From Octopus sinensis (Eukaryota): a DNA stretch of 64,000 nt. The first letter of the stretch is position 1. Every line of letters begins with the position of its first letter. This document shows, in pieces, positions 13,761 through 26,943 of this stretch. The notes under the pieces are model-generated. The model did no database searches, was not told the origin of the DNA, and was given only the letters and a program-made list of their open reading frames with translations. The stretch lies in NCBI RefSeq assembly GCF_006345805.1, contig NC_043001.1, positions 84,878,001 through 84,942,000 on the forward strand. Reading direction: 5' to 3'. The translations under genes and the position numbers were made by a program.

Positions 13761-16081
13761 TATTATTATTATATTATTATTATTATTATTATTATTATTA
13801 TGTTAATTTTCTTCTTCCTCCAATTTTGTTTCTATTTCCTTCCGAAATATCTTTCCGATGACGAGGGCCAAAAAAACTCACCGTATAAATCGGTATGCCA
13901 GTAAAGTATACACATCAGATTCTTTATTTATAAAACCAAAGAAATGTTATGCAAAAATATATTTACCTGGATGGTTCTCGTTCTCATAGCGAAAATGCTC
14001 TTCTCAATACATGTGACGTACCAGTTAAAACAGTGTTTCACAATTATTGTTAGTATTATTATAGTTCCGATAATTTTACAATTAATAGCATAGATACAAC
14101 AGAATATGAAGGTGTTTTCTCAGAACAAAATTCTAATCATGAAAATGCGGAATATAACAATATTCTAGAAGAGAATATTTATATTATGATCATAATATGA
14201 AGTGTACTCATAATATGTATATTATGATCATCTATGAGTGGACTCTGTGGTCACAAAAGAATCTTTGTATCGCCTTAAATTTATAAAAGCTAAGTAGACG
14301 TACCTTGATAAACCCAACAACGGAAGCAACAGTAAAAGTAGGAAGGGAGATAACTACAGAAATTAATTGCAAGATCCTTGCAACTAATCCACTATTATGA
14401 GAGTGACAAACTTTCTCGGTATGTGCAATTGAAACAGCATTAAATTAAGATCACCATTGTATGATATAAATAGTACACAAACCACTAGAAGACTTGATAC
14501 AGAAGAACTCTCTGAGATAAAATCTTATTATTGACTTTTGTTAAGTACATAATATATAACAGATCGCAATAAAAACCATCGCTGCAGTAAATTACGTAAT
14601 CGACAGACGTGAAAATAATATATTTTTAAAAATTCTACGGCAACAATTTTGTAACGATGTGACAAATTTTATTTTAATTCAAATCTTAAAGAATTTCTAC
14701 CGATAGTTATTTAAAAACAACAAAGTTTATCACCAGGAACAAGGGAAACATTTTGGAGAATAGTATCGTTAAATGGATCCTCATTCATTAAGATGATCAA
14801 TATAATTTCGTTGTCTGGAATATCGTGAGAAACAGTATGGGAGGTTGCTCAAATTATTACAAAACGATAAAAAAAAAATAATTAGAAACATGAAGTGATA
14901 AAGATTTAAACATCTGGTTTTCACACACACACAGCGCTTGTAAATAATCAATAATTGATTCAAATACTCAGAAAATTAATATTAATCTCCAATAATAAAG
15001 AAATAACACGATCTTAGCATGCAGGTTCATAACCTGCTTGTCTTAGTGATCACCTGGAAAAAAGAACATTCATGTAAAATTCAAGATGGCGTCGGAACAC
15101 GATTTCGTCATTGGTTGACCCCACAGGCGTGTAGCTTTAACATGAATTAAGGTATGAAATAGCATAAAAATGAAGAAAGAGTTGGCATTTGAAAATTGAA
15201 ACATTAAGTGGAAATAATAGAAGTAGTTCAGTAAAGAGAAGTAATGGGTGCTAACGATAGGAATTATTAAAACTATTAAAGAGAAGTAATTAAAGACTAA
15301 GTTAAAGCGGGATAACTTAATTAGTAACAGGTAAAATATTAATAAATACAATTTAAATAATTTGAGTTTATAAAGTGGTTTAACCTTTATAGAGTGAGTA
15401 ACGGAATAACAAGTAACAGTAAAAATTATACTAAATCACATTAAATATAAATTGTTAGAGTAGGAATTAAAGGGGGAGATAACTTGAATGTTACTGAATA
15501 ATAATCACGATAAGTCATGTAATACTATAACCAAGTGATGTAATTGGTTGAAAAGGCATTAGGTCAAAGACGAGTATTTGTCTTCAGAGGTGTCATTAGT
15601 TCGAAGGGAAATAATTTGATGAAAGCGTAGTTATTCATTCAAAGGGAAGTAAGTTGTAGAATGTAGAGTAATTATTCTTAAAACGTTACGTAAGAATAAG
15701 ATTTTTTTGAGCCGTATTTTTGCTATGGAACCAGAATATTGAGAAATTATTCAGATATGAGTGATAATTTTATAGAAAGCCGATTGGATGTATTCCCACA
15801 ACTGCAAACCGCATCCTGGTGTTTTAATTAGATGTAAAATTTAAATAATATGTCATATCATCACTTAGTTGCACTTCCAGTTATTTACGTTCGAAGTTCA
15901 AGTCCCAGCAAGGTCTACTTGCCCTTTATCTTTAGCTCCCGCGCCAATCCCAGTTTAGTAGTGGGTTCAATGATCAACTAAACCTCCCATTCCAAAGAGC
16001 CGATTCTGTATCCAGATTAGAAATCATAGTTTTAGTAGCACGTAAAGAGAAGCAAGTTCGCAAAATGTTTTCCACACCTGA

Positions 16082-16256
16082 CAAAATGCTTAGTGGCATT
16101 TCGTCCGTCTTTACATTCTGAGTTCAAATTTTACTGGGGTCGACTTTGCCTTACATCCTTTCGGAGTCAATAAATTAAGTACCAGTTGCGTACTGGGGTT
16201 GAACTAATTGACTGGCCCCGCCCCGTAATTTCAGGCCTTGTGATTATAATAGAAAC
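16082..16256 (+). mobile_element. SINE family A
   Basis: AAAATGCTTAGTGGCATTTCG..GAGTTCAAAT..GTCGACTTTGCCTT core. Confidence 0.7.
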
Positions 16257-16349
16257 ATCATCATCATCATCATCGTCATCATCGTCATCATCGTCATCGT
16301 CATCGTCATCATTCTCATCATTATCATTATCATTATCATTATCAGTATC

Positions 16350-16422
<73 letters not shown>

Positions 16423-16444
16423 TATTATTATTATATTATTATTA

Positions 16445-16509
<65 letters not shown>

Positions 16510-16510
<1 letters not shown>

Positions 16511-17655
16511 ATGTTTGACTTTTGCTTTATATTTGTACAAGTTGGCTCCAAGTCTCACCCAGAGACCTCAAGAGACAACAGGTTGGAAGTTCACGTTGTT
16601 GTTATGCCTAGTGTGCCATATATTTGTTGTTTTTTTGGTGTTATACTAGTGAATGTCTAATAAATAATAATTTTTTTTAAATGTTTGTTTTAAACCTTGA
16701 GATTACATAGAAAGTATTTTGCGTAGGATATGAGCAGTTCATATGAGCACTATCTTTTGAATTTCTGCCATTTTGGGGTTTCCTGGTATCTGAGTTAGGT
16801 AGCAATCAGCCCCTTTCGCTATCATTCCCAGGGCACCTATGACATGTATTGTTTTAGTCTTCAGGTTCCACGTTTTGCTGATTTCTATTTCAAGATCTTT
16901 ATATTTGCTCAGTTTTTGGAAGGTCTTGACAGATACGTTTATATCGATTGGGACAGTCATATCAATGAGGAGGCATGTTCTTTGTCTGAAGTCTTTCAAC
17001 ATGATGTCTGGCCTATTTGCATCTATCTTTCTGTCAGTTTGAATGGTGAAGTTCCAGAGGAGTGAGATGTGGTCATTTTCAATCACTGGATGTGGTTTGT
17101 GTTCACACCAGTTCTTTTCATGGGGCAAATCCAGGTTTTGCAAATTACCCAGTGAGTATATTGTGCAGCTCTATCGTGCCTGTTGAGATACTCTGTAGGC
17201 GCTAGAATTTGTTGTTGACATACACGACTTGTTGGGCTACTGCCGTTATTTAATATGTTGGCCTGGTAGTTTCTTGTTGGTAGGCATTGATCTTGAGCTG
17301 CTATGATAAACCCCTCTGTTTCAGATTTTAGGCCAGAGGCCATTAGCCATTGATGGGCCAGGGCTTTGTCAATATCTGCATTATTCGCTTTCTTTGGGTA
17401 TTTGCCATAGAGAGGTTTTTCTTGCCATTTTTAGCACGGGTTTTCATGCACTTAGCTTTTTCTGTGCTTGTTTCTTGTATGTCTATCTCTAATTCCGAAA
17501 TTTGTTGTATTCGGAATTCACTTAGATATTCCTTTGCCTATTTTGTTACTGAGTATGATGCTTTCTTGTTTTCATGTTTTGGGACAAGTTTTAACATCCA
17601 GTCCTCAGACTTTTTCAGGTAGGTGTCTAGGTCAATTCTGGCAATCTTCATTGTT
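16510..17655 (-). mobile_element. R4/Dong non-LTR retrotransposon, 5'-truncated copy A
   Basis: SGLKSETEGFIIAAQDQ, HDRAAQYTHW, LWNFTIQTDRKIDANRPDI..LIDM..KYKDLEIEI..GALG (RLE PD-D motif); (TAA)n at both ends. Confidence 0.9.
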
Positions 17656-17680
17656 TATTATTATTATTATTGTTATTATT

Positions 17681-18997
17681 ACTTTTTTTTCTTCTTTCAA
17701 ATTTGCTTCCATTTCTTGCCGAGTGTCTTCCCGACTCCTAGGGCAAAGAAACCCATAGTATACATTGGTAGGCCACTAAACCAAACTCAATAGTTCGTTC
17801 ATTTTTTTTTTTTTTTTTTAAGTTAAATTAAAATACATGAGCAGCAACAATTCTCACATCGACAATGCTCTTCTCAATACATGTGATGTACCAGTTAAGA
17901 CAATCTTTTGCACTTCTTGCAGGGATGGTAAGCCAGGGATCATTCTCATAATTTTCGGTTCCTTCTTGATCATTCCTAGTGCTCCTACGATTACTGGTAT
18001 TGTAACCGCCCTGAGATGCCACATTTTCTCAATTTCAATGAGTAGGTCTTTATATTTTCTGAGCTTGTCAAACTCTTTCGCTGAGATATTATGATCACAG
18101 GGAATGCACATGTCGATCAATAAGCAAACTTTATTATTTTGGTCTTTCACAACAATATCTGGTTTATTGGCCTTGATGGTTCGGTCTGTATGTACTGGAA
18201 AGTCCCACAGAATGGTTACATTTTCTCCTTCAGTTACAGCCTCAGGGTGGTGATTATACCACTTGTCGGCAGTTTTGATATTGTAATGCCGACTTATTAG
18301 CCAGTGGAGATATTGGCCAACTCTGTCATGTCTTAATTTATACTCCACTGGTGCTAAGACTTTACATCCAGAGATTAGATGTCGTTGCAGAATCGGCATT
18401 TTGGGTCTGCTCCATTTTTCATCACATTGGCCTGGTAGTTCCGGGTTAATAGGCTTTGATCTTGAGCAGCCAGGATGAAACCTTCGCTCTCTGCTTTTAG
18501 CCCTGAGCTCCGTAGCCACTGATGGGTTTGCTTCTGGTCAACATCAGCTTGTTTGCTGCGGGTCACATATTTGCCGTGCAGAGGTTTCTCCTCCCACCTA
18601 TCAGCCAATTGCTCGTGCGCTTTTTTCGTTGCCATCATTTTCACCTTCTTTGTAACAATAGTTGCCGTACTTCCCTCGGGTTGTTCAGTTTGGGTATCCT
18701 GCACGAGATCAATAGCAAATTTTTTGCTTTCCTTTATGATAGAATGAAGCTTCTTTCGTCTCTCGTGATTTTCCACGAGCCTTAGCATCCAGTCATTCGA
18801 TATTTCGAGATATTTGGCCAGTCCAATTGTGGTTGTTTTGTAAGCTAGTTCAAATTGGATCAGGCCTCGACTTCCTTGGGCTCTGGGAAGGTAAAGGCGA
18901 TCTACGTCTGCCTTTGGGTGGTGCATCCTATTACAACTCAGCAGCTTGCGTATTTTCCTATCTATATTCTTTACTTCACTCATATTCCAGTTCAACA

Positions 18998-18998
<1 letters not shown>
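17681..18998 (-). mobile_element. R4/Dong non-LTR retrotransposon, 5'-truncated copy B
   Basis: ORFs 18375-18998 and 17854-18519: KPLHGKY, AAQDQ, CRFC..HLISGC zinc knuckle, NKPDIVV..LIDM..KYKDL; (TAA)n at both ends. Confidence 0.92.
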
Positions 18999-19074
<76 letters not shown>

Positions 19075-19140
19075 TAATTATTATTATTATTATATATTAT
19101 TATTATTTTATTATTATTATATTATTATTATTATTATATT

Positions 19141-19290
19141 GCCACGCCGGACAAAGTGCTTAGCGCTATTTCTTCCGGGTTTACGTTCTGAGTTCAAATT
19201 CCTAACGATGTCGTCGTTGCCTTCCATCATTTTGGGTCTATAATATAAGCACCAGTCAAGCACTGCAGTAGATATTGTCGATTAGCCCAA
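19141..19290 (+). mobile_element. SINE family A, degraded
   Basis: GTTCTGAGTTCAAATTCC and core remnants after (ATT)n. Confidence 0.55.
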
Positions 19291-19406
19291 CCACAATGAC
19301 CACACCGCAAAATTTTCTTTGTTCCTTTGTTTGTGTTTTTGTTATACATGATATAATGTAACCCCACGATTTTCATAAGGATAGCTTCTTTTTTTTTTTT
19401 TTTCAG

Positions 19407-19502
19407 AGATGCCCAACTCGATGCTGCCAGTTCTGGAAATTGATAGAAAAATCCGAATTCCTCAGAGTATGGCTATTTCCAGATATCTGGCAAGAGAATT
19501 TG
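19407..19502 (+). CDS. S-crystallin / sigma GST, exon 2
   Basis: Poly-T + CAG acceptor; (K)MPNSMLPVLEIDRKIRIPQSMAISRYLAREF(G) with PVL and QS glutathione-site motifs; donor GTAAG at 19503; phase 1-1. Confidence 0.96.
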
Positions 19503-19789
19503 GTAAGATTAAATATTATCCGAGGAGTAACATTAAATCTGAACGTATAATCTACATTTTATCCTTGCATTTTAATCGATAAACGTAATATGAAGTACTT
19601 ATCGTCATGTCATCCATTATCTCATTAGTTACATAAGACAAAATGGAGCTTACATCAAACAAGAATGTAAAAGAATTCTCAGTTATTGCTTATACTTTCT
19701 ACGTTGAATGATTTAAAATTTGTTTCTGTTTCATAGTCTTCTGAATACTGTGAATGTCTCGTGCATAACTGTTTTATCTTTTCTTTTAT

Positions 19790-20188
19790 CTTTTACTTGT
19801 TTCAGTCATTTGACTGCGGCCATGCTGGAGCACCGCCTTTAGTCGAGCAAATCGACCCCGGGACTTATTCTTTGTAAGCCCAGTACTTATTCTATCGGTC
19901 TCTTTTGCCGAACCGCTAGGTTATGAGGGGCCTAAACACACCAGCATCGGTTGTCAAGCAATGCTAGGGGGACAAACACACAAACACACACACATACACA
20001 CACACATATATATATATATATACATATATACGACAGGCTTCTTTCAGTTTCCGTCTACCAAATCCACTCACAAGGCATTGGTCGGCCCAGGGCTATAGTA
20101 GAAGACACTTGCCCAAGATGCCACGTAGTGGGACTGAACCCGGAGCCATGTGGTTGGTTAGCAGGCTACTTACCACACAGCCACTCCT
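19790..20188 (-). mobile_element. SINE family B, full length
   Basis: Well-preserved copy from TTTTACTTGTTTCAGTCATTTGACTGCGG to CCACACAGCCACTCCTG. Confidence 0.85.
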
Positions 20189-20849
20189 GTTGAGTAAATT
20201 TCAATTTAGTTCTTCATCTAGTCCTTGGTTGCAGCTATCGCTGTTCAGATATTTTTTCAAGAGGCAAAAATTACGAGAGATACACCATTTCTGCGTAACT
20301 ATTTTAAAGCAGGACTGAGTCACATAGTAATAAATTACTTTAAAATAAATACAATAGCTATAAAAAAAACAGAGTTATCTCTGCGTGTCTAAAGATCTGA
20401 TAGGAAAGACAGCTAAATCTACAATAAATCATAATCCACCATACCATCTTAAAAATGTGACGTGAGTTACGATAGGAATTTCTTTGACAAAACTCTGCTT
20501 GATCAGGGCAAGTCTGACAGACGTTGAACAACAACAACAACAACGACAACAACAGCATCATCATCAGCAGCAGCAGCAGCAACAACAACAACAATATTGA
20601 CAATAACAGCAACTCATCTTTCAGTAAATCGTAGTAGTATTCGTTTACGTCTGTAACTTTCCGCTAAACTTTCCGAAAGATGAATAACCTGCAAACGACA
20701 CATATAACCCATTATGATTTACACAGAGACCCACGATGTGAGTAATATTCAAGACATGAAGTAAGATCATAATAACTTACTGTACCACCAGTAAAATCAA
20801 ATTTCCTGGCAAGTTAGCTGGGTTTTTTAGCTAGTATATAGGCCTTTAT

Positions 20850-21050
20850 GAGGATCCCCTCACTATCACAAGATCGTGGCTTAGATGCCCGGGGAGGGCG
20901 TTGTGTTCTTGAGCAAAATACTTAATCTCACTAAGCTCTGCAATTAATTCGACATCTGATGTCTGGCACGATGCACACCTGCTGAGGCAATGCCAGTTTG
21001 ATGGAGAGAGTGAGCTATTGTATAACACAGATATTTGATCAGTATAACAA
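20850..21050 (+). mobile_element. SINE family C, degraded
   Basis: GTTGTGTTCTTGAGCAAAATACTT motif as at 44225. Confidence 0.5.
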
Positions 21051-21301
21051 AAGATTGTTCAGCTTAAAATTACGGAATCTTCATCTATCGTCTACAATAG
21101 GAGAATCCTCAATATAGGCCATGTAGAGCTTCATTTGCTTGTCCAAATATATACTAGAGATATTCCTACTGATTTGCTATAGTTTCTCTTGTAGCTTTCC
21201 TTGTTTATATCATATATGATGTAAGTTCCGTGATTGCTATTGGTCTCATGGATACATGTAAACATAATGTGATTGTTTTCTGTTTGTAATATCTCATTAA
21301 G

Positions 21302-21417
21302 GTTTACACGGAAAAACCAACATAGAAATGGCTCGTATTGAGTTCATCTGTGACTGTTTTTATGACATATTCAATGACTATATGAAGATGTACCACGAAA
21401 AAGATGGCAGACTCTTG
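21302..21417 (+). CDS. S-crystallin / sigma GST, exon 3
   Basis: AAG acceptor; (G)LHGKTNIEMARIEFICDCFYDIFNDYMKMYHEKDGRLL; donor GTAAG at 21418; phase 1-0. Confidence 0.95.
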
Positions 21418-21885
21418 GTAAGCTAATGAATATTTCTATTGTCATCTCATTGTTGTCATGAACATCACTATTAGCATCTTAAGAATCATCGTCGTCGTCA
21501 CCGTCGTTGTCATCGTCGTCGTTGTGGTCATCATCATCATCATCATCATCATTATATTCATCATTATTGTCGTTATAACTCTCATAATTTTATCACAGTT
21601 GCTCTGATTTCTCCTTATCTCAACACAACATTTATAATCAAATTCATTGTGGTTGGTCCCGCTGACATTGTTGAAGCCTCTACGTAAATTTAGACGTTAT
21701 GTCTCCTTTCCAATATGACATTCGAGATTTAATACAGAGATAATATATATAGACTGTGCGTTGATTCTGTGAAACTTCGGTGAGATGTCATTAGCTATTG
21801 ATTATACTAAACTTCTGAACAGCACATTAGTCAGGACATTCCTATCAACGGACATAAATTTTATTCTGTCACTGTCAGAAGAAAG

Positions 21886-22205
21886 ATATGTGTAGTTGTC
21901 TATGTTTTTGCTGAACTCGGGGCAGCAGTTTCCTTCTCGTATTAGCTTGATAGTATATCAACTCAATGGCTACGAAAGCTGCCCGTCGCCGAGGTCGACT
22001 TTTCGAGTTGCCGAAGAGCAATCTCAGCTTAGTTCATGCTTCATAGTGTGGTATATGTGTAGTTGTCTATGTTTTTGCTGAACTCGGGGCAGCAATTTCC
22101 TTCTCGTATTAGCTCTCAATGACTACGAGAGCTGTCCGTCGCTAAGGTCGGCTTTTCGAGTTGTCGAAGAGCAATCTCAGCTTAGTTCATGCTTCATGGT
22201 GTGGT
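21886..22205. repeat. Tandem duplication, units of 167 and 153 nt
   Basis: ATATGTGTAGTTGTCTATG.. starts at 21886 and 22053, with a third ATATGTGT start at 22206; 14 nt indel between units. Confidence 0.9.
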
Positions 22206-22599
22206 ATATGTGTTGTTCCTTAAATTTTCTACCACTGTGGTTTATCATTATAGATGCAATATCCTGTCCGCGAAGTACGTTCAAAAATCTTTCTTTCGCT
22301 GGAAGAGAGTTTGACGGTCTTCAGAAGAAGCTGCTAAGTTTCAAATGCTAGCTGCGGTTTTCACTCAGTCCTCTCTACAAAAGGCATGAGTTGTAGCCTC
22401 CCGTTCGTTGATTTCTACACTGCTGCGTCATGAACATTGGCACCAAATGTTTTAAGGCTCTCCGAACGAAGACTGTACAAGAAAAAATGGAAGAAGTTAC
22501 TAGTGCAACGAACTTATATACTGAAAATAGCAACATGCTTTTCTCAGCGTGGCAATATATATGTTGAATGTAATAAGCCCAGTAACAACGAAGATACAA

Positions 22600-22860
22600 A
22601 ACAATTGATATCGCTTGTGAGGTGCATGTTTCTTGGCACTACCAGTAGCCAAGGCTCTCAGAGATATTAAAGCAGCTAGTAAAAGTTTAGGATGTACATC
22701 CGGAGGCTTTTACCCTAGAGATGCAGACCCTATCCTTAGGGCTCAGAGATGTTCCGAGATGTTCTAGATATTAAGACTGGAGCACCAAAGTATCAAACGA
22801 TTCAGGTGTTGGGTTTGGCTGAAGGGAAGTCTGGCAAGAATCTTCAGAGTGAGAGGTACA
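22600..22860 (+). mobile_element. Probable degraded RTE-type LINE 3' remnant
   Basis: Decayed reading resembling RTE C-terminus (DVLDIKTG..YQTIQVL..W); weak. Confidence 0.35.
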
Positions 22861-25550
22861 GTTCTGAAACAAATGGTACACACAGTCAAGAGCGCCATGA
22901 TAAAGAAAGCGGTAGTGAATGGCATAGCAGACACTGCAGTACTAGATATATGTCGCTATGTGTGCAGATACAACAGACGCGCACACAAGCACACATATAT
23001 GAATATATGTAAGCAAGTTGGTATCTATGTACAAATGAACGTACGTATCGTTGATGCTACATATGTACACACACACATGCGTGCGCATAAGCTCACACAC
23101 ACTCACAGACGAACGTGTAGATTTATATAATAATCTGTATATCATATTTAATGAAGGTATATTTTTGAATGCCAGCTACATATTGTGGTATTCGTCTCGA
23201 CAAAGCATCACTTATCCATGTATGATGCAAAGAAACACAAAAATACGTTAGCAGCAAACGAAAATAGTGCAGCATAGGGGCAGCATTGCTTTAATTATAA
23301 TATGCAGATTGCTATTTTGAAATCATACGTCTTCGTAATAACTGACGTTATGCGTGTGTGTTTGTGTGTATGTTTTGTGGGTGGGGGTGCATATATGCAG
23401 GGAATTTTCGTATTCCCTGTATTATGATCAGAAACGTTACATGCCAGTAGGAAGCCAAATTTAGGGCAATTTTTATATGCATCCAAATCTTATTACATAT
23501 TCATGACTTTGTGCACACTCCATCCGCCGACATTGCAATTATGACGCAATTCTGCCCGCACTCCAGAATCAGCTATGGGATTTAAAATACCATGCTTTCT
23601 TTCCTTAGTGTTCATTTTCTTTTGTACTCCATGTAAATCTGTTCCGTGAATATATCTACTGCATACGTGGGAAATTCTGTCTGTGAGTGTGTTTATCGAG
23701 TTGTTGGCTAACTCCTCCTACATGGTTTTATCGATTTTGATGAAACGTGAGTAGAGTGCATGTTTGGAAACCTTATGCCATACTCAGATTGTTGAAAAAA
23801 TTGATAATAGAGCCACAGGAATTTATCCTTATGTGTATCTAAAATAGTTTATTTTAAAAACCAAGGGAAATAACTCAATCGCATCTGGAATGGTTCCTTA
23901 TATATAGCCAAGAGAAACAACCCATTCATTTGCCTTAATTATCTGCTAACAATCAAACTGAGTATGCTTATTTCTTAGTATTTGAACTGCTTGAGTTATT
24001 TTCACAATTTATCCAGTACAACCCTTAAAAAAGTTAATAGTATTTTCCTAAACACTAGATACACTTATTTCAGTTCGTGTCTTATTCACTAATATGGCAA
24101 CACTAGTGCCACTGAAGGTAATATTCTCTGGGAACGTGCAAAAGCCCTTTTCAGAGTTGTTTACTTTGAATTGTTATTATCACATATCTGATTAGCCTGT
24201 TATTACGCAACATACTTCACGATTTTAGTATACATGCATTATTAGCATTTCCTCCTATGTTCTATGGCTACATTATTTGAATTCTTACTATCGGTTGACT
24301 AATTTCATGTTATTGCATAACTGATTTCACAACTTGAGTATTCATAACATATTGGGGATTTCTAAAAACAAGATCCTGTGTAAGACAGTTAGGTATTCTC
24401 TGTAAATGCACAAAAACCGCTTTAAGGGCTACATACTTTGTATTATTGTTATTGGATTAGCGAAAAAATTATGAGAACGCAACGAAGGGATAAGCCCCAC
24501 TTTCCCGGGAATTACCGGGTACGTCAGGTAGTAAATACCTATATGTTTATGCATGAATATTCTCCTGAATATTTTCAGCTTTTGTGTGTGTGTGTGTGTC
24601 TGTCTGTCTGTCTCTCTCTCTGTCTCTCTGTATATATATATATAATATATAAATAATGGAACAAAAACGCAATAGAGGACAATAAAATGATCGGACAGAT
24701 AGACGATACAAAGGTGGACAGGAAAAACAACAAATAGGACAGGGGAAAATAAAAGGACTGGTCATTCGTGGCTTTTTTCTTCAGTCAAGTTACCAGCTCT
24801 CCTTATAGTTTCGGGCCTTTACGCTATATAATATATATACCCAAGCCTGTTTTTTTCTTTGTAATACATACACTCGTATATATAGGAATTAAGAAATAAA
24901 GGGTGAAAAATAGCACTAGCTATTGCTAAAAATAAGAGTCAAAATTAACTCTGAAAGCCGCAAAAGGCACTAACCTGATTATATTTACGGGAAGCGGGCA
25001 GAGCAATCTCAAACGATCTCACCCTTCTGAGTTGAACTCACAAAAGGAAATAGTTGGACAAAGCTTTATCACGTGATTTCGAAATTTAAATAAAGAGGTC
25101 TTGTTTCTTCTCAACATCATCTACCAACTACTCAGGCTTAAATAGATAGTTTGCTTCGTGTGTATATATATATATATAAATGGTTCTGCGTGAGCGTGTG
25201 ACTGCTTATCTATATGGCTTTAAATGAATGTAGACATATCGATTAAACAGTATTCCCTATCTCTTTATATGTCTGGCACAGATATTTATTACTTTCTATT
25301 GTTCATTCAAACTTGTCATATTTTCTATATCTATAAACAACTCAAGATCTCTTCTTTGCCTCTCCTTCTGCCTCTATACTAATATATGTAAACACATGCA
25401 AACATACACATAGACACATACACACATACCCACCCACACAAAAAAACATACATACACATACACACAAATACACACACACACAGGTATGTGTTTAGTTACA
25501 CACATTCAAAGACGTATATATATATATATATTTACATAAGCGTATATATG

Positions 25551-25587
<37 letters not shown>

Positions 25588-25595
25588 ATATTTAC

Positions 25596-25687
<92 letters not shown>

Positions 25688-25781
25688 ATATATGTATATA
25701 TATATATATATATATTCATCTATGTATGTATGTATGTATCTATCTATGTATCTATCTATCTCTCTATCTATTCATCTATCT

Positions 25782-25825
<44 letters not shown>

Positions 25826-25827
25826 TC

Positions 25828-25891
<64 letters not shown>

Positions 25892-26300
25892 GACTGTCTG
25901 ATTGTATGTCTGTCTTTCTCTCTATCATATATATCATATATTTATATATATATATATATATATATTTTAAGTATTGTAAATATATATATGTATGCGTGTG
26001 TGTGTGCGTGTGTGTATGCGTATGTTCATACATGTATCTAATTACGCACGACATATATGAGCACACACAAATGTAGATAGAAATTGCAATTCACACAAAA
26101 ATACGTGTGGACACAACCACTTAGCGACAAATACCCTTATGCAGATACACACACACACACACACACACATACACACACACACACACTCACACACACAGAG
26201 AAGCACACACACACACATGTAGCTTTGTGTGCGCGTATTCATTCCTCTATGAATAAAATAACAGATAAAATGTATTTTCTTTTTGTTTTTCTTTTCACAG

Positions 26301-26354
26301 GCTTCAATGGGAACTGACTGCCGTATCAGGTCTTCAGATTTGACAGGAATCACC
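26301..26354 (+). CDS. S-crystallin exon 4 (inserted loop peptide between helices 4 and 5)
   Basis: TTTTCTTTTCACAG acceptor, GTAAGT donor; 54 nt phase 0-0; ASMGTDCRIRSSDLTGIT; position matches the S-crystallin loop exon. Inferred from splice signals and phase, since the peptide itself is variable. Confidence 0.8.
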
Positions 26355-26584
26355 GTAAGTAATAGAAATGTTTCGGTTGCCTGCTTCTCAGAAAAATTGC
26401 TAATGATTTTCAGTGACAAATTTAGTACGTTATTGACAGTAAACAGGATCATGTCTGTTTATTGTGATTTAGCCGCATTCAAAACGTAACACATGCTTCA
26501 GACGACTGAATGAGGGTTTGCCTCTTTATTTCACAGAATCATCTTGCATGTTTATATATAAGAATATTGTTTCCCAATCTCTAG

Positions 26585-26690
26585 GTTCCGGGTTCAGTCC
26601 CACTGCATGACAACTTGGACAAGTTTCTTCTACTGTGAGTGGGCTTGGTAGACGCAAAATGAAAGAAACACGCTGTATATACATAAATAC
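26585..26690 (+). mobile_element. SINE family B, head fragment
   Basis: GGTTCCGGGTTCAGTCCCACTGC..TTGGACAAGT. Confidence 0.65.
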
Positions 26691-26739
26691 ACACACACAC
26701 ACACACCATATCTCTCTCTATATATACACATACATACGT

Positions 26740-26920
26740 ATCTCCTGTTGCCCGCTTTGGGATCTTTCTTTCCTCTCTCTTCCTTCTTTATGTTTCCGAC
26801 GAAGAGCGCCGCTCGAAACGTCATACCTTCCTGCTTCCATATTTCCTGAGCGCCTATTAATAATAATACTGTAATTGTTCCACTGTTGTTGTTTTTTTGT
26901 TTTCCCGTTTGGATTAGAAT
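26740..26920 (+). mobile_element. Short PLE-derived element (family HH-B)
   Basis: Shares its hammerhead motif and GTTTGGATTA 3' end with 51241-51450; abuts (TA)n. Confidence 0.65.
26792..26826 (+). ncRNA. Minimal hammerhead ribozyme-like motif (sense strand of intron 4)
   Basis: GTTT-CCGACGAA-GAGC-gcc-GCTC-GAAA-CG-TC-ATAC; stem I has one mismatch. Confidence 0.5.
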
Positions 26921-26943
26921 TATATATATATATATATATATAT

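Noticed and set aside
14040-15060. A-rich block that looks like a decayed ORF (considered Polinton or viral polymerase)
   Set aside because: Many stops and only a vague resemblance; cannot be supported without a profile search.
15084-15095. CAAGATGGCG YY1-like motif suggesting an internal promoter
   Set aside because: Single short motif in intron 1 with no other support.
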